DNA of 27,260 nucleotides from a virus. Lineage: Duplodnaviria > Caudoviricetes. The notes under the pieces were generated by a model. It was given only the letters and a program-made list of their open reading frames with translations, was not told the DNA's origin and made no database searches. This document shows positions 1 to 8,976 of this stretch, one piece after another. The stretch's first letter is position 1. Every line of letters begins with the position of its first letter. The translations under genes were made by a program, and so were the position numbers. The stretch lies in IMG/VR virus record IMGVR_UViG_3300035135_002236, positions 1 to 27,260 of that record. One strand, written 5' to 3'.

Positions 1-1
1 T

Positions 2-1270
2 GCAAACACTAAATCGAATACCAACTTAAACGACTCGCGGGCTGAGTTTACCGATGCCAATACTGAACAGGTGCAAGTCGAAACCGGAATACTGAGAGAG
101 ACTGGGGAAGACGCCGCAAAGGCGGACATAAATGAAACAAGGGCGCGAACTGATGCCATTGTAGAAAGCACACGCGGCGATGAAATAGACAACAACGAAA
201 CGCTGAGACAAAACATTCAGGTAGCTGGCGCAAACGCAATGCAGCTCATGATCGAAATGTCTGAGGATGTTGTCGCTGGCTCCATTCCCGTAGAAAGCTT
301 TCAGCGAGCGGCTGAGCTAAACAAGAATACGATCACTGAAGCTGGGTTTATCTTTGACCCATCGTTTGATTACTCAGTGCAGCAATTACAGCAGGATATT
401 GCTGACGGTAATTTTGATGGCAACTCTGGTGTCGCCATTCTTAACGCTTTGGCTCGACCGACTAACCGATACAACGAAGGTCAGATCGTCAACGAAAACT
501 TCGTCAATGCGCCTGATGCTTTCAAAGACGGAACTTACAAGGTCGTTAGCAGCCAATTTTCCACGTTTGAGCCAACGGAAGATGGCACAGGAATCACTGG
601 CGAGATCCTAACGGTCGTCGAGAACGCTAATGGTGAGCAGTATTTCTATACCGCGCCAGCCACGACGGGTCGAGGTACAGATAGCAGACAGCCTTTGGTG
701 CTTCCAGTTGATGAGTTGGTTGCTGGTGTGGCTGGCGTACAGCAGATGCGTCAAGGAATGCTTGCGAACAAAAATCAGGTAAATCGAGCGGCAAAAATAT
801 CTAAGTTCGGACAAGGCGCTGAAGGCGAGCGTCTATATCAGGATGCACTAGAAGCAAAGGTAGACAGCTACTTAGAGGTTTCTGCCAACAACCCTCAGGC
901 TCCATCACCTGTTTCAGGCATGGACATGAAGAGCTTCGTAACTGCGAAAAACGGCGAGTTGATGGCTCAGCATGCAGAGAATGTGATCCTGCATGACTAT
1001 GACGCAGAGCTTTATACGCGAGAGATGTACGACCAGCACATGGCAGGAGTCCGCCAAAGCAAAGAAGCAAAAATGGTTCAGGCTCGGCTTGGTCAAATTC
1101 AGCTTACCAATAAAGAGCTTGAAGAAGTACAGATACTCAGCGGTTCAAAAGGAGTCAATGAGGTCGTTCAAATTATTAAACGCAAACGTGAGGCAGCAGG
1201 AATACCAACGGATGGCGGCGATAAAACAATTGGCGCTACTCAACTCGATCCAGCACTAGCGGTGGAGTAA
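2..1270 (+). CDS. Putative internal virion/ejection protein, 5'-truncated
   Basis: Frame is open from position 2 (ANTKSNTNLNDSRAEF...) into the listed ORF at 71; long helical acidic protein directly before the 1940-aa gene. Function inferred from position only. Confidence 0.55.
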   Translation, partial: ANTKSNTNLNDSRAEFTDANTEQVQVETGILRETGEDAAKADINETRARTDAIVESTRGDEIDNNETLRQNIQVAGANAMQLMIEMSEDVVAGSIPVESFQRAAELNKNTITEAGFIFDPSFDYSVQQLQQDIADGNFDGNSGVAILNALARPTNRYNEGQIVNENFVNAPDAFKDGTYKVVSSQFSTFEPTEDGTGITGEILTVVENANGEQYFYTAPATTGRGTDSRQPLVLPVDELVAGVAGVQQMRQGMLANKNQVNRAAKISKFGQGAEGERLYQDALEAKVDSYLEVSANNPQAPSPVSGMDMKSFVTAKNGELMAQHAENVILHDYDAELYTREMYDQHMAGVRQSKEAKMVQARLGQIQLTNKELEEVQILSGSKGVNEVVQIIKRKREAAGIPTDGGDKTIGATQLDPALAVE

Positions 1271-1272
1271 TC

Positions 1273-4200
1273 ATGCCTTCAATTCAAACCACCCTTGGTT
1301 ACAACGCTCCGCTCAAGGCAAGAAAAAAAGAAGACGATGACCGTGGAGATTTTTCTCGCGGATTTGCCGCAGGCGTAGACCAGACTCAGGCGCTTGGTGG
1401 GGGTCTGAAGGCGTGGCTTGGCTCCGTCATGGGCGACGAGGAGATGGTCGAGTCCGGGCTGGATTACTACCAAGAGCAAATGGCTGAGGCAGCTAGCAAT
1501 GCCGGAGAGGTCATGCGTATCGAAGACATCGAAGGCATGGGTTCGCTTGCGGATTACATCCAATATCAAGCAGGTGCATTTCTTCCTAGCCTAGCGACCA
1601 CCGTGGCAGGTGGTGGTATTGGCGGATTCGTCGCAAAAAAAGCGGCGGAGAAAAAAATCAAAAGCACCGTAGCAGAACGGGCAAAAGACTTCGCAGAAAA
1701 GCGTGTGAAGCAAGATGTACAAAAAGCCAAGCGCAAAGAGTTAGAGCGTCGATACATACGAAGAGCTGGTGACGCAGCAGTCAAAAACGCCAGAAGAAAA
1801 GGTCAGGCGATTGGTGCCATTGGCACTGGCTCAGCCATGTTTACTGGCGAAACTACCGGCGCAATCTACGACGAGACAGGAGAAATCTCGCCCGGAGTAG
1901 CGCTTGGCGCAGGTATCCTGGGCGGTTCGCTCGATGCGCTTGTTGGACTGCGGGCATTGCGAAAGATCTTACCTGAGGGACGGTACAGACAAGCCGCAGA
2001 TGACATCGGCGAAGAAATCTCCGGCAATCCAACTCGCTTCGATCAAGTGTTTAGTGCGTTAAAGAAGAGCGAACTCGGCAAGAGTGCTCCGATTGAAGGC
2101 GTCACTGAGGCGATGCAGGAGTATGTTCAGGAAGTAGCTATCAAGTACGTTGATGGCAACTACTCCGACTTGGCTGGCGCAATGGCAGAGGCTGTCACCC
2201 AAGAGGGTGCGCTTTCTCTGTATACGAATGCTGCGGCAGCAGGTGCGGTTGGTGGTGCGGTAGCGGGTGGCACAGCGGATGTGGGTGGTGCAATCACCAA
2301 CAGAATGAGACCAGCTCGACCAGAGCCTAGAAAGATCACTATCCCAGATGAGCCAGACCCAGAGTCAACTCCTGATCAAGAGCCTGATTCCGACGCACCA
2401 CAGCCAGAAGCTGCACCGGCTCCTGAGCCAGAACCACCCGTTTCGGCAGAGGAGCAGATACGACGCAACCTAGAAGCTCGTGAGCGCATTCGCGAATTGT
2501 TCGAGCAACAGCAGAATGGAGAGCTGGATCTAGGCGAGCCTGTGCTCGGCGACACTAAGATGGAGGAGCTAGAAGGTACTCAGGTCGAGTATCAGGGGGT
2601 CAGAGGCTTCCTCAAGAAGACAGATCAGGGCTACTTCGTTGTCACTCAGGATGAAGACATCTTGGTTGAAGCGGGCGAGACAGGCAGGACAGCTAATTCG
2701 CTTGGAGTAAGACCAGCCGAGGGTGAGGTAGAGGTCGAGTTCGATAATGACGCCACATACGATGGAGAGACATCTACCATTACGATGCGTGGCAAGAAGT
2801 ACACGTATAAGACAGCTAACACCAACGAAGAAGGCGAAGTCGTATCACTGACTGCTACAGATGAGTCAGGCAAAGACATCACGATTAGACAGCCTGAGCT
2901 GGTCGAGCGCATACAAAGACTGAAGGCTGAGTCAGAGCAGCAGGTCAAGCCGCAAGATGTCGTAAGACAGCCAATGCTTGCGATGGACGATCTGCCCGTT
3001 CCGGTACAACGACAGTTCATGCTCGATGCTATCGAGGCTGGTGAGACCTCCATGCCTGAACAGGTCACTCGTGAAGAGGCGATCTCCAAGGTCAACAAGA
3101 TCCCAGATGCGGACCCCAACCAGCTTACCCTCGACATCGAGAACACGGCTGAGATGGCGATGACGCAGTTTACTTCGTCTGAATCGCAGTTCACTGGAGA
3201 GTACGACGACACTCGCTTTGCTTCCGGTCCTTGGACCTCCGTCAACCGAACAGATCCTCTGGGGACACCTTTAGCTGAGGGGTCAAAGACAGCTCTGGAG
3301 CGTCATAACAATTTGGCGGGTAAAGAAATCGAAAGGTTAGGGACAACTGACACGTATATCCCTGAGGCGCTTGACCCTGAAAATCCTTTCCCTCAGTTCG
3401 AGGCTGACTACGAGCATAAGACCCCGTTCCTAAGCTCAAAGAAAATTTCGGATATGCCGGAGGCTGATCGAGATACATTTCAAACCGCACTTACTGATGC
3501 TCTGTCTGCCGGTTTGCCTCCACGAGTCCTTAACTATGTAGACTCCTTTGGTCTTTACAATCGGTCGGAGCAAAGGCGCGGTGGTGTTCTAGGTTTTTAT
3601 GTGCCCCTCTCGCGTCACATTGCGATTGATATGGAGGACCTTAACGGAGAACCGGGAGTCGGTCGCAACACCATCGTTCACGAGCTAGGTCACGCACTGG
3701 ATTATGGTGAGCGTATTACCTTTAACGATCCGAACTGGGATGTAGAGTTTTCTCAGAAAGAAAAATATCAGCCCTTGATTCTCGAGATGAGCGAGATTAT
3801 GGGCGAGGCATACGATGCCTACACTAGCGGCGGAACGCTTGGCACTTTCTTCCGATATCCGTTTGCGTCAGCTTACGACGCATTCATGCAAGCAAACAAA
3901 AAGCCATTATCTGTCAAGCAGCAGAGCATCGATGATGTCATGAGCTTTTTGAAGAAAGAAGTGTTCGCACAGTCCTTTGCTCTCTATGTAGGCAATCCTA
4001 AGATGCTGGCAGAGAGCATGCCTAAGATGTACGATTACATGAATGAGCTTGCGAACAAGGAGGCAAGTGATGTCCAAACGAGTAATGAGGGAGATGTCCA
4101 GCCCATCTCTGAGTTCGACTCTCAACCAATACTACGAGAAGTTCGAACACCTGCCGCCAGCAGAGATGCTGAGGTCGGCGACAACGTCGGAGCTGGACAA

Positions 4201-7095
4201 GATGGCGGAACTGGCACTGTTCAAGAACAAGCCAGTGAAGGAGTGGGCGGCACCCAGACAGAAGACGGGGACGGTGGAGGATCTGCTGCTGTAGAACCGG
4301 CAGTCCTTGTCCCACCACCACGTAGCGCTCGCACAGCAGAGCCAACACCAGCGGAGCCAGAGACACAGGCTACTGAAGAACAGGCTCCCGCTGAACCCAC
4401 GCCAGAACCAGAAGACACACCAGCCCCACAGGAGCCAGAGCCTCGATCTGAAGAAGAAGAGCAGCTCCTCAACGAGGCAGTTCGAGAAGAAAACAAATCT
4501 AAGTTTGCTCGCGTCAAGACCTTCCTAAGACGCCAGCTTGCGCCGGGCGGCTTATTACCTGAGTCAGCATTCAAGCTGAAGATCGAGCGTGACTCAGAGC
4601 TGGGCGCTATCGAGATTGATATTGCAAGCTTGCTCGGCGAGTTTGATAAGGCTGTTAAGGAAGTCTACGGGAGCAACCCTCCTGATGATGTTGTAGAGAA
4701 CCTCAACTCAGCCCTGCAAAACATCGACGAGATTGACAAGATGGGCGTCAATGGTCGAGTCAAGGACTCGATCGTCGCCATGCGAGCTTACCTTGATAAT
4801 ATGTCGGTTGAGTATGCTCAGATTGTTTACGACGACGCAGTTAAGGCACTGGGGGAAGGCAAGACTGAGAGCGCGGTTGCCAAAGTCGATCTACTCAAGA
4901 CAATCGTTGGTAACTTGGGCAAGTACGTCCACCGATCTTATCGCGCATTCGATGACGAGAACTGGGCAAAAAATGTGCCAGACGACGTACTCAATGCAGC
5001 CAGAAAATACTTAGAGAATCGCGGTTCAGACAACCCAGAGTTAGTAATTAATGAGCTGCTAAAAGACGGCACTGCCTACGACTCTATGGAGTCAATGATC
5101 AAGGAGTCGATGCTCGGTGCCAAAGACCTATCCATCCTAAAGCAGCGAAAGGATATCGCGCCAGAGATACGCGCTCTGCTTGGTGAGTACACAGACGCAC
5201 GGGTCAACTTCGGCAAGTCTGCTACCAAAATGTCCCGGCTTCTGTTCAACGATCGTTTCCTGCGAAAGATCAAAGAGGACGGCATGGGTGTCTACCTGTT
5301 CGACAGAGCTGACGCTCCGGCAGAGGCATTTACTACCTTTGCGCCAGACGGATCTTCAGCTATGGCTCCACTGTCTGGACTCAAGACCACACCAGAAATA
5401 CATCAGGCGTTCAAAGATGCGCTCGACAAAGAGCAGATGTCTGACTGGTATCGCACGGTGGTGCAATACAACGGCATGGTGAAGTTTGGTAAGACCATTC
5501 TCGCTCCAACCACCATGTCTCGAAACTATATCTCAGCTTCATTGTTCGCAGTGATGAACGGTCATTTCAACATGGCAAAGGCTCGTGAGGCTTGGTCATC
5601 AAAGTCAGCAATCTTTAAAAACGAAGGGGACAAGCTGGCGTACGTCCGAAGGCTCAAGCAGCTTGGCGTGGTCTATGACGCACCATACGCTGGGGAGCTG
5701 ATGAAGCTTCTGGAGGAAAGTCGCTTCGAGGCGATGCAGGACAGCGACATAGTCAAGAAGATACCCGGCGGTGAAGCTGTTACCGGCAAGGCTAAATCGT
5801 TCCTAGACTTCATGACGAAGCTGTATCAGTACGGTGATGACTTCTGGAAGATCATTGGCTTCGAGAACGAGATCGACATCCTGATGGAGAACAAGGGTCT
5901 CTCTCGGGAGCAAGCTGAGCCACTAGCGGCAGAAAGAATCCGCAACACTTATCCAACGTACTCCATGGTCGGCAAGGCTGGTACATGGTTACGACGTTTC
6001 CCGCTGGCAGGTACATTCGTATCGTTCCCGGCAGAAATCATCAGAACGCAATTCAATGTCATGCGATACCTCAAGCAGGAAATGGATGACCCTGCGATGA
6101 AAGACGTAGTTCCTCGCCGGATTGCCGGTGCCGCCATGGCGTCTGCTGGAGCTTACGCATTGACCGCAGCTCTCCGCGACATGCTTGATGTTGATGACGA
6201 TGAAGATGAAGCGGTTCGACTCCTGGCACCCCCATGGTCGGCGAACTCAAACATTGCTTACATTGGTCGCAAAGACGGCAACCTTCGCTATATCGACCTG
6301 TCGGCACTCGACCCATACTCATACTTCAAGAGACCCATAAATGCACTGCTTCGCGACCAACCGTTTGACGATGCCGTGATACAAGCCGGGCAAGAATTAA
6401 TGACTCCGTTCTTGGGAGAAGACATTGCGTTCGGTGCAATCACCGATATCTGGCAAAACGAAAAAGATACCGGGGCGCAGGTATATAACCCAGCAGACAC
6501 CCCAGCTAACCAGCTCGCTGATATCACAGGTCACTTGTTTCAGAAGCTACAACCGGGAGCTGTCGGCAACCTCAATCGTATGGTTGACGCATTGCAGGGA
6601 GACATCAGTAAATCAGGCAGACGATACGAGGTCGATGATGAACTCGCGGCATTATTTGGATTCCGAGCAAGCACAATCGACCCTAAGGTTTCTCTGTACT
6701 ACAGAGCATACGAGTTCAACGAAGCAAAGCGTCGATCGACAGATCTGCTCAGATCGACCTTCAGGGCTGTCAACGAGGTATCTGATGCGGAGCTAAGGTC
6801 AGCCTTCCAGAACAGCTCACAAGCCCGCAGAGAGGCGTTTGAGCAGATGATCAAGATTGTTGAGGCAACGAGACGTTCCGGTCTCACTGACTCTCAAATA
6901 CAAAAGGTTCTACGAAGTAACGGCATCACACTGAAGGACGCGAGGGCGTTACTCAGCGGAGACGTTACTAAGTACAACATCACGGATTCGACCCTGAAGA
7001 GCAGCATCAAGCGAGCCGACTTCCTCGTTGGTGAGTCTACTGCTGCTGAATTCCAGCGCAGGTTCCGATACCTGCAATCGCTAGAGGAAGAGTGA
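1273..7095 (+). CDS. Large internal virion/ejection (polyvalent-type) protein with zincin-like metallopeptidase motif
   Basis: 1940-aa ORF with GGAG RBS; Gly/Ala-rich N-terminal helices, two Pro/Glu-rich linkers, HELGH (3679-3693) followed by KKEVFAQSF; last large gene of the structural operon. Confidence 0.7.
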   Translation: MPSIQTTLGYNAPLKARKKEDDDRGDFSRGFAAGVDQTQALGGGLKAWLGSVMGDEEMVESGLDYYQEQMAEAASNAGEVMRIEDIEGMGSLADYIQYQAGAFLPSLATTVAGGGIGGFVAKKAAEKKIKSTVAERAKDFAEKRVKQDVQKAKRKELERRYIRRAGDAAVKNARRKGQAIGAIGTGSAMFTGETTGAIYDETGEISPGVALGAGILGGSLDALVGLRALRKILPEGRYRQAADDIGEEISGNPTRFDQVFSALKKSELGKSAPIEGVTEAMQEYVQEVAIKYVDGNYSDLAGAMAEAVTQEGALSLYTNAAAAGAVGGAVAGGTADVGGAITNRMRPARPEPRKITIPDEPDPESTPDQEPDSDAPQPEAAPAPEPEPPVSAEEQIRRNLEARERIRELFEQQQNGELDLGEPVLGDTKMEELEGTQVEYQGVRGFLKKTDQGYFVVTQDEDILVEAGETGRTANSLGVRPAEGEVEVEFDNDATYDGETSTITMRGKKYTYKTANTNEEGEVVSLTATDESGKDITIRQPELVERIQRLKAESEQQVKPQDVVRQPMLAMDDLPVPVQRQFMLDAIEAGETSMPEQVTREEAISKVNKIPDADPNQLTLDIENTAEMAMTQFTSSESQFTGEYDDTRFASGPWTSVNRTDPLGTPLAEGSKTALERHNNLAGKEIERLGTTDTYIPEALDPENPFPQFEADYEHKTPFLSSKKISDMPEADRDTFQTALTDALSAGLPPRVLNYVDSFGLYNRSEQRRGGVLGFYVPLSRHIAIDMEDLNGEPGVGRNTIVHELGHALDYGERITFNDPNWDVEFSQKEKYQPLILEMSEIMGEAYDAYTSGGTLGTFFRYPFASAYDAFMQANKKPLSVKQQSIDDVMSFLKKEVFAQSFALYVGNPKMLAESMPKMYDYMNELANKEASDVQTSNEGDVQPISEFDSQPILREVRTPAASRDAEVGDNVGAGQDGGTGTVQEQASEGVGGTQTEDGDGGGSAAVEPAVLVPPPRSARTAEPTPAEPETQATEEQAPAEPTPEPEDTPAPQEPEPRSEEEEQLLNEAVREENKSKFARVKTFLRRQLAPGGLLPESAFKLKIERDSELGAIEIDIASLLGEFDKAVKEVYGSNPPDDVVENLNSALQNIDEIDKMGVNGRVKDSIVAMRAYLDNMSVEYAQIVYDDAVKALGEGKTESAVAKVDLLKTIVGNLGKYVHRSYRAFDDENWAKNVPDDVLNAARKYLENRGSDNPELVINELLKDGTAYDSMESMIKESMLGAKDLSILKQRKDIAPEIRALLGEYTDARVNFGKSATKMSRLLFNDRFLRKIKEDGMGVYLFDRADAPAEAFTTFAPDGSSAMAPLSGLKTTPEIHQAFKDALDKEQMSDWYRTVVQYNGMVKFGKTILAPTTMSRNYISASLFAVMNGHFNMAKAREAWSSKSAIFKNEGDKLAYVRRLKQLGVVYDAPYAGELMKLLEESRFEAMQDSDIVKKIPGGEAVTGKAKSFLDFMTKLYQYGDDFWKIIGFENEIDILMENKGLSREQAEPLAAERIRNTYPTYSMVGKAGTWLRRFPLAGTFVSFPAEIIRTQFNVMRYLKQEMDDPAMKDVVPRRIAGAAMASAGAYALTAALRDMLDVDDDEDEAVRLLAPPWSANSNIAYIGRKDGNLRYIDLSALDPYSYFKRPINALLRDQPFDDAVIQAGQELMTPFLGEDIAFGAITDIWQNEKDTGAQVYNPADTPANQLADITGHLFQKLQPGAVGNLNRMVDALQGDISKSGRRYEVDDELAALFGFRASTIDPKVSLYYRAYEFNEAKRRSTDLLRSTFRAVNEVSDAELRSAFQNSSQARREAFEQMIKIVEATRRSGLTDSQIQKVLRSNGITLKDARALLSGDVTKYNITDSTLKSSIKRADFLVGESTAAEFQRRFRYLQSLEEE

Positions 7096-7096
7096 T

Positions 7097-7186
7097 ATGC
7101 ACGGCAAAAAATGTGCCAAGTGTGGCAAAGCAAAGCGTAAATCTTGTCCCAAGTGCAAGGGTAAAGGCACCAAGAAATCTTACTGA
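7097..7186 (+). CDS. 29-aa basic CxxC-x7-CxxC peptide
   Basis: MHGKKCAKCGKAKRKSCPKCKGKGTKKSY; ATG 1 nt after the previous stop, GAGG upstream; below the ORF-track cutoff. Confidence 0.6.
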   Translation: MHGKKCAKCGKAKRKSCPKCKGKGTKKSY

Positions 7187-7380
7187 GCAGTGTCTTCTAT
7201 GTGGTCGATTCTTATGACCGGAGTCGGGTAGTCAGTAAACAAGCTTGAGCCGTAAGTTCGGTAGTTTCGAATCCACCTACTCACAACACATTCGCTCATC
7301 GAATAGATGTATGCGATGTCTCCGTAGGTCTTTCCCATGTTACGGAGATCAGTCATTTCTTGCACTTCACGCTCTGTCAC
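7180..7380 (-). CDS. Small helix-turn-helix protein
   Basis: LRNMGKTYGDIAYIYSMSECVVSRWI fits an HTH pattern; start overlaps the stop of the upstream gene. Confidence 0.65.
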   Translation of the reverse strand: MTEREVQEMTDLRNMGKTYGDIAYIYSMSECVVSRWIRNYRTYGSSLFTDYPTPVIRIDHIEDTAQ

Positions 7381-7661
7381 TTGATCACCCGCAGGTGACC
7401 GTAGGTGCGCTTTTCTCGAACCGGTTCTGGTGCATCGAGACCGCCGAACTGGGGGCTTGCCGAAACGAGATTTAGCAGCTCCACCATGTCCCGCTTGTCC
7501 TGCTGAACCGGGATGACATTGAACTGAATTAGCGCAAGATCCTTTCCCTGCTCCTTGAACAATTCGACCGCATCGTATCGGTCTCTTGCACTGTTATAGA
7601 ACGTCACCTGAGGTGGGCATTCGTTGTAATCGGTGATGCGAAAAATGTTCCAAGTTTCCAT
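7377..7661 (-). CDS. Hypothetical protein
   Basis: 94-aa ORF with strong AGGAGG RBS. Confidence 0.75.
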   Translation of the reverse strand: METWNIFRITDYNECPPQVTFYNSARDRYDAVELFKEQGKDLALIQFNVIPVQQDKRDMVELLNLVSASPQFGGLDAPEPVREKRTYGHLRVIK

Positions 7662-7777
7662 CTCAACCTCCTGTAAAAGGGGGAGGCTCTCCGTTAATCT
7701 AGGGGTCGGTGGAGAGCCGTCCCAAACTACTCAAGGTTGGAATCCATGTATCGTGATAGCGTTGCGAGCGCCTCTCG

Positions 7778-7790
7778 TAAGTGATTGATT
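7778..7790 (-). promoter_or_regulatory. IHF-binding consensus, left attP arm
   Basis: Minus strand AATCAAtcacTTA matches WATCAANNNNTTR. Confidence 0.7.
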
Positions 7791-7810
7791 TTATTAGAGA
7801 TGCGTATAGA

Positions 7811-7859
7811 AACCTTGCCAAGGTTGAGGTCGCGAGTTCGAACCTCGTTTCCCGCTCCA
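7811..7859 (+). mobile_element. attP: attP core: 3' part of tRNA-Gly(GCC)
   Basis: AACCTTGCCAAGGTTGAGGTCGCGAGTTCGAACCTCGTTTCCCGCTCCA contains the GCC anticodon arm, T-arm and 3' acceptor strand with CCA; the 5' half of the tRNA is absent; about 120 bp from the integrase stop. Confidence 0.92.
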
Positions 7860-7878
7860 TTTCCAACATCTCCAGTAA

Positions 7879-7891
7879 TATCAATGGTTTA
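7879..7891 (+). promoter_or_regulatory. IHF-binding consensus, right attP arm
   Basis: TATCAAtggtTTA matches WATCAANNNNTTR. Confidence 0.7.
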
Positions 7892-7920
7892 CCATCACTT
7901 TACTGGGTTCCAACCTGTAT

Positions 7921-7960
7921 GAAAGGGAATAGGCTAGTTCGCTGACTACCATGTTTCCCT
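7921..7960 (-). terminator. Hairpin after the integrase gene, possible terminator
   Basis: Minus strand AGGGAA...GGTAGT-loop-ACTAGCC...TTCCCT followed by only TTC; the T tract is weak. Confidence 0.35.
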
Positions 7961-7982
7961 CCGGCTTCAAGGTTGCACTCCA

Positions 7983-8876
7983 TCATTTCTGACGCAATAC
8001 ACCTTGCATACGGTTAGCCACTTCGCGTTTCCGCTCCGTGTTCAGGTGGGTATATCTTGCCACCGAATTTAGTGAAGCCCAGTTACCCATCTCCACTAAC
8101 TCGACGGCTTGAGTACCCGCCTTAATGTGGAACGAAGCATAGGAATGTCGGAGCGTGTGGAACGTAGTTCCCGCTGGCAACCCAGCTATCTTTACCGCTC
8201 GTCTCCATGTCTTGTTGACCACACTTTTCTGCGACAACGGTTCCCCGTTATCTTGGAAGAAAACGTACTCGATATCCGACACCCTTCGGCTCGTATGCTC
8301 GAGGTCCTCTTTCATCCGCATCCTGCGTTTGAGCAGTGCCTGACAATCCCTTGTCAGTGACATTGACACTGGCTTGTTGTTCTTCATCTCGGCTGCGGAG
8401 AACTCCAGCACAGAGAATCCATGCTTGACGTGTCTCCACTTGAGCGTCCGAACATTGTTGTTACGCAACCCAGTTAGGAATGCGAACTCAGCCATGTCTG
8501 CTCTCAGAGGATCCAGCGCTCGAATCAGTCTTCCGACCTCATTCGGCTCCAGATAGTTTGTCCTCCTATTCTCTTCTAAAGCTTTGATCTTTGGTGGGAC
8601 GAACTTCATTTCGAGTTCCTCCACCGCGAAGTTCAGCATTGCCCTGAGGTAGTTTAGGTAACAGTTGACGGTGCTGTTCTTCAGCTTTCTTTCCTGCTGA
8701 AGCGATCCCACCAGAACCCGAATGTCGAGAGTTGTTATCTCGTCGAGCTGGCGGTCTCCCCACTCATCAACCATTTCGCTAATTACGCGCTTGGCTGTGC
8801 CGTTCCTCTCGATCCCTCGCCGACTACAAGTGGTGAGGTAAATTTTCGAAAGCTTTTCAAAAGTACAAAGTCCCAT
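7983..8876 (-). CDS. int: Tyrosine recombinase/integrase
   Basis: Catalytic motifs TGLR, K (MKN), HTLRH, GNW, RY; start placed at MGLCTFE because of a GGAG RBS 7 nt upstream; the listed start at 8978 lies in a terminator. Confidence 0.93.
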   Translation of the reverse strand: MGLCTFEKLSKIYLTTCSRRGIERNGTAKRVISEMVDEWGDRQLDEITTLDIRVLVGSLQQERKLKNSTVNCYLNYLRAMLNFAVEELEMKFVPPKIKALEENRRTNYLEPNEVGRLIRALDPLRADMAEFAFLTGLRNNNVRTLKWRHVKHGFSVLEFSAAEMKNNKPVSMSLTRDCQALLKRRMRMKEDLEHTSRRVSDIEYVFFQDNGEPLSQKSVVNKTWRRAVKIAGLPAGTTFHTLRHSYASFHIKAGTQAVELVEMGNWASLNSVARYTHLNTERKREVANRMQGVLRQK

Positions 8877-8919
8877 AGTTCTACTCCATGAATCAGGAGA
8901 GGCGCTCGGAACTTTTTGG

Positions 8920-8948
8920 ACTATATTGTTTTGTGTCTTCATTGTCAT
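8920..8948 (-). promoter_or_regulatory. Putative sigma70 promoter for int
   Basis: ATGACA-17 nt-TATAGT just downstream of a terminator. Confidence 0.55.
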
Positions 8949-8954
8949 CCCTGT

Positions 8955-8976
8955 AAAAAAGCCCCCCGTAGGGGGC
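8955..8976 (-). terminator. Intrinsic terminator of the recombination operon
   Basis: GCCCCC-TACG-GGGGGC-TTTTTT. Confidence 0.9.

Larger units (their letters stand above)
7731..7980. repeat. attP arm-like repeats AGGTTG(G/C)A(A/C)(T/C)C
   Basis: TCAAGGTTGGAATCC (7731-7745, +), CAGGTTGGAACCC (7905-7917, -), TCAAGGTTGCACTC (7967-7980, +). Confidence 0.65.

Noticed and set aside
1279-7133. Many minus-strand and alternate-frame ORFs within the 1940-aa gene
   Set aside because: Shadow ORFs of a long gene, with no RBS or motifs.
7780-7859. Complete tRNA-Gly gene
   Set aside because: No 5' acceptor strand (GCGGGA) or D-arm upstream; only the 3' part is present, so it is an att core.
7699-7884. 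61-aa ORF across attP
   Set aside because: Antisense reading of the tRNA fragment and IHF sites; TTG start with no RBS.
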